Below are positions 60,671-64,000 of a stretch of 64,000 bases of DNA, piece after piece. Origin of the DNA: the human T2T-CHM13v2.0 reference genome, Homo sapiens; NCBI RefSeq assembly GCF_009914755.1, contig NC_060927.1; one strand, written 5' to 3'. Position 1 is the stretch's first letter, and each line of letters opens with the position of its first letter. The notes below the pieces were generated by a model. It did not search any database, had not been told where the DNA came from, and saw only the letters and a list, made by a program, of their open reading frames with translations. The position numbers and the translations under genes are program-made.

Positions 60671-61891
60671 AATTGCAGTTTTTTTAAAGACTCAGAAAAT
60701 TTTGTAATCTGGAGAACATAGATTAACTGATTCCAAAATATCTTGGTCAGTGCCTTTGTTATCTCTGCCCTCAAGAAATGTATACAGAGAACCTTAAAGG
60801 AGAATATTTCTCACGTTTCCTACTCCACCAAGGTTGGAGTTCAAAACAGATATCCAATTGCACTCTGAGGTGATAATGAAAAACGTGGATGGTCTGAAAT
60901 TCAGAAGAAACTTTTATATTTTGTGGAGGTAGCTAAAAACGGGGAAAGAAAAGAGACCAGAAAGCAGCCCAGACCACGAAGCAGAAGGTACTGCCTGTTA
61001 CACACCAACTGACTTAACTGGTCCTGACAGTGCATGGGCCATTAACAAAAGCTTTCTAGCCTGTCGCATGCATGTACAGGCTTAAAAGCCCTGTTCCCCC
61101 AGGGCCATTAGAAACAGGAGTGGGTCTGCTACAACATATGTGTCTGCTGGGCAGACTGGCTGATTACCACTGGAAATGCCAGGGCTGCCTACTGACCTGA
61201 TGGATGTGGCAGGTGCCTTGCACAGCTGTGGTTTGTAAAGAAGTTGGGAGAAGAAGACACTTTTTATGAAAGTAGAAAAAATGTGGATGAGGAATACATA
61301 ATACTAAGAAGAAACATTTAATAAGTGATTAGCCCATGCTCTGAGATTTACGTGCTTTGCCATATGTCATTCTCATCTAAAGTGAGGACTGTATTACAAT
61401 CCCTCTCTCCCTCACTATCTTCATCTTGACACCATGATAAAATAATCTACAATTCTACAGTAACGCAGACAATCAGTGTGAGACACCAGATCTCAGCCAC
61501 GACTCTTAGACTAGAAAGTTTCTATCTTTAGCCACTGTGCAGTATGGCCTCTGTGCCTTTTTGTAGTGATAGGCACGAGGAGTTGGAGATATAAAAAAAA
61601 TTGGCTGAGAGAGAAGGCTAAAAAATAAATTTGAGAGTTCATCATGGTGAGAAGCATTTTATTTTATATCTGCCTGTTTTTCTCTGAAATTGCCTCAGTA
61701 CCTCTGAGCATTTCATTATTCAGCTTCTTTCTCCATTTACAGAATAGTGTACAAGGTTTAATGGAGTCCCTTGGCTTTTCCTTTTGAAATATTCATGGGC
61801 CTTTAGCAGTTTCTTTCATGCTCACCTTCTCCTCCATTAGGAAAGAAACCTTGGAGGAGCTAAAGAAGAAGAAACTGGTGCAGGAGATAGA

Positions 61892-61900
61892 TGTGTGTGT

Positions 61901-61945
<45 letters not shown>
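61892..61945. repeat. (TG)n microsatellite
   Basis: Directly visible, with one GA interruption. Confidence 0.97.
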
Positions 61946-61946
<1 letters not shown>

Positions 61947-62924
61947 TGGCTGCCTACTCCCAGCTCTAGCAGGGAAAAGAAAAGTGCTTATCTCCCAAGG
62001 AGCAGGTCTTCTTTTCCTAGAGCTGATATATCTACTTTCCCCAGATCAAAGGGAGTGAAGAAATGGCACATTCTGGGAAAAGGAATTTGACTATGTCATT
62101 TCTCAACCTGTGTCTTCTCTCTTCATTATATAAGAATCTACCCAGGTCCAAAAGAATCATGAGAAGTTGTCTTCATGGAGAGGTTTGATGAAAGGTCAGC
62201 AAACAAGAAAACAGTATTATTTGACCTCACACTTCTCAAAATAGCACCTTCTCATACCTTTCTGGGGGCCTTGCTCTGCCTTCAGAACACTCACCCAGCT
62301 CCTTTCCCTCCTATCATCCAGCTGTTCCCTGTCAATCAGGGCCTCTCAGCAATTTTAATCCTGGTTTACTAAAATGAAAACAGAAAGCTATCCTTTACTG
62401 AGTGCTTACTATGAGTACTACACTGAGTACTATGTGCCAGGTACTATACCAATCTTATCAAATAAATATAACCATCTCTGAGGGATAAGGAAACCAAGGT
62501 TCAGAGAAATCAACCTCTATTGGAAGAGCTATGATTGGAACCCCACTCTGATTCCAACACCCAAGATCTCAACTTTTCTGCCTCTCTTGCTACAGGAAGT
62601 TTGAGAGTGCTAGCCTTTAATATCATTAAAAAATTAATAATCAAAAATTGTTTTTCAAGCCAAATGGGGCTACTCTAATTTTAAGTTTCAGGGAATTCTT
62701 TGATAACCACAATTAAATAAAGAAGTTAAAAATAAATTAAGAGCATAAACGAAACAAAAACCTTAATAATTATTCCTTGTAATCATGTATATATGATTTA
62801 TACATATTATAAATCAGACTACAAATCATGTTAAATGGAAGAATTCCTAAGAGAAGGAACTGTAAAACTGCACTGATGTGTATAAAGAAAAAGCGAGACA
62901 ACACTTAAAGATGCAATAAATGCT

Positions 62925-63217
62925 GGCCGGGAACAGTGGCTTATGCCTGTAATCCCAGCACTTTGGGAGGCCAAGGTGGGATGATCATTTGAGGTCAGGA
63001 GTTTGAGACTGGCCTGGCCAACATGGTGAAGGCCTGTCTACTAAAAATACAAAAGTTAGCCAGGTGTGGTGGTGCACACTTGTAATCCCAGCTACTTAAG
63101 AGGCTGAGGCAGGAGAATTGCTTGAACTCAGGAGGCAGTGGTTAGAATGAGCCAAGATCATGCCACTGCACTCCAGCCTGGGTGACAGAGCAAGACTTTG
63201 TCTCAAAAAAAAAAAAA
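62925..63217 (+). mobile_element. AluS (Sx/Sz-like)
   Basis: Full Alu dimer with an A tail. Confidence 0.95.
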
Positions 63218-64000
63218 GTAATAAGCAAGCAAGGTAGGAAAAGAGTAACTAAAAAAAACTGAGATTAGCCCTCAATACTATTTCTTTTCACTTTAAAATT
63301 TCTTCTCTCTTCTCCTAGAAATTCTTTATAATCTACAAATTAAGTTATTATTTAACATCATCTGTAGTCAGATTATATGATATTAGTATGGCATTTCTAT
63401 TCACTGAATATATATTTCAAGCAATGATAAGTAATGTTTATTAAGTACTTATGTTCTAGGCACTGATCTAATTATTTTAGATATATTGTTTCATTAAATT
63501 CTCAGAGTGATATGAAGTAGATAGAGTCTCTGAACTAGGCCACAAGATGACGAAGACACATACAGCTCTCTCCTAAGGATGTCACAGTCTCCTAGGAAAT
63601 AAAGCCTGAGTTCAGACTGTCACCTATCTCCTCCAACCCAAGCCCCCCAAATATCCTGTGTTATATTGATATCCCAGTGAAGAAAGGCCCCAGAAGCCCA
63701 GAAAAAAAATGAGTTTATTCCCCAGTAAAGACCTAATGTTGAATTGCTACCGAATTATTTGGGTTAAAAATGTCCAATGAGTATAAAAGATCATTAAAGT
63801 ATTTTGCACCATTCTCTATAATGAACCTCCTAAGGTAGAAAGGTAAAAATCAACGCTAGGTCTAAAAATGAGCTCTGATCTTATCTGAAAAACCATTTGC
63901 CTCACTTGCCCTGATACGCTGAAAAGGCAGTTCTGTCTGGACATATAAAAATAGAGCTTTTCTCCCTTGGTTCTATAAGGAGGGGGTAAGGCCCCTGTTT

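Overview
Primate (most likely human, chr3q13.31) genomic DNA, not microbial. The only protein-coding segment is the last exon of GAP43 (neuromodulin) on the + strand: CDS 21008-21096, then a ~600-nt 3'UTR with two poly(A) signal sites. Bases 1-21007 are the 3' part of the long last GAP43 intron, and the rest is intergenic DNA downstream of the gene. From about 30.2 to 57.2 kb lies an almost continuous block of retroelements. It holds an older L1 containing a full-length L1PA6/7 that itself contains an Alu. It also holds an L1-retroposed HERV-W processed pseudogene whose 3' LTR is split by a 5'-inverted L1PA4/5, and a further near-full-length L1PA7/8. Nearly all ORFs in the supplied track are L1 or ERV fragments or chance ORFs. 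I see no new multi-gene biological system. The best unexplained signals are four: a ~0.9-kb tract of shared private mutations between two inverted L1s ~16 kb apart (probable gene conversion), a 63-bp templated L1 5'UTR insertion with an end-joining signature, a candidate in-frame 30-nt GAP43 microexon, and a recursive-splice-type AG|GTGAGT site in the intron. Repeat subfamily names come from remembered consensus sequences, not a database search, and boundaries of old repeats are approximate.
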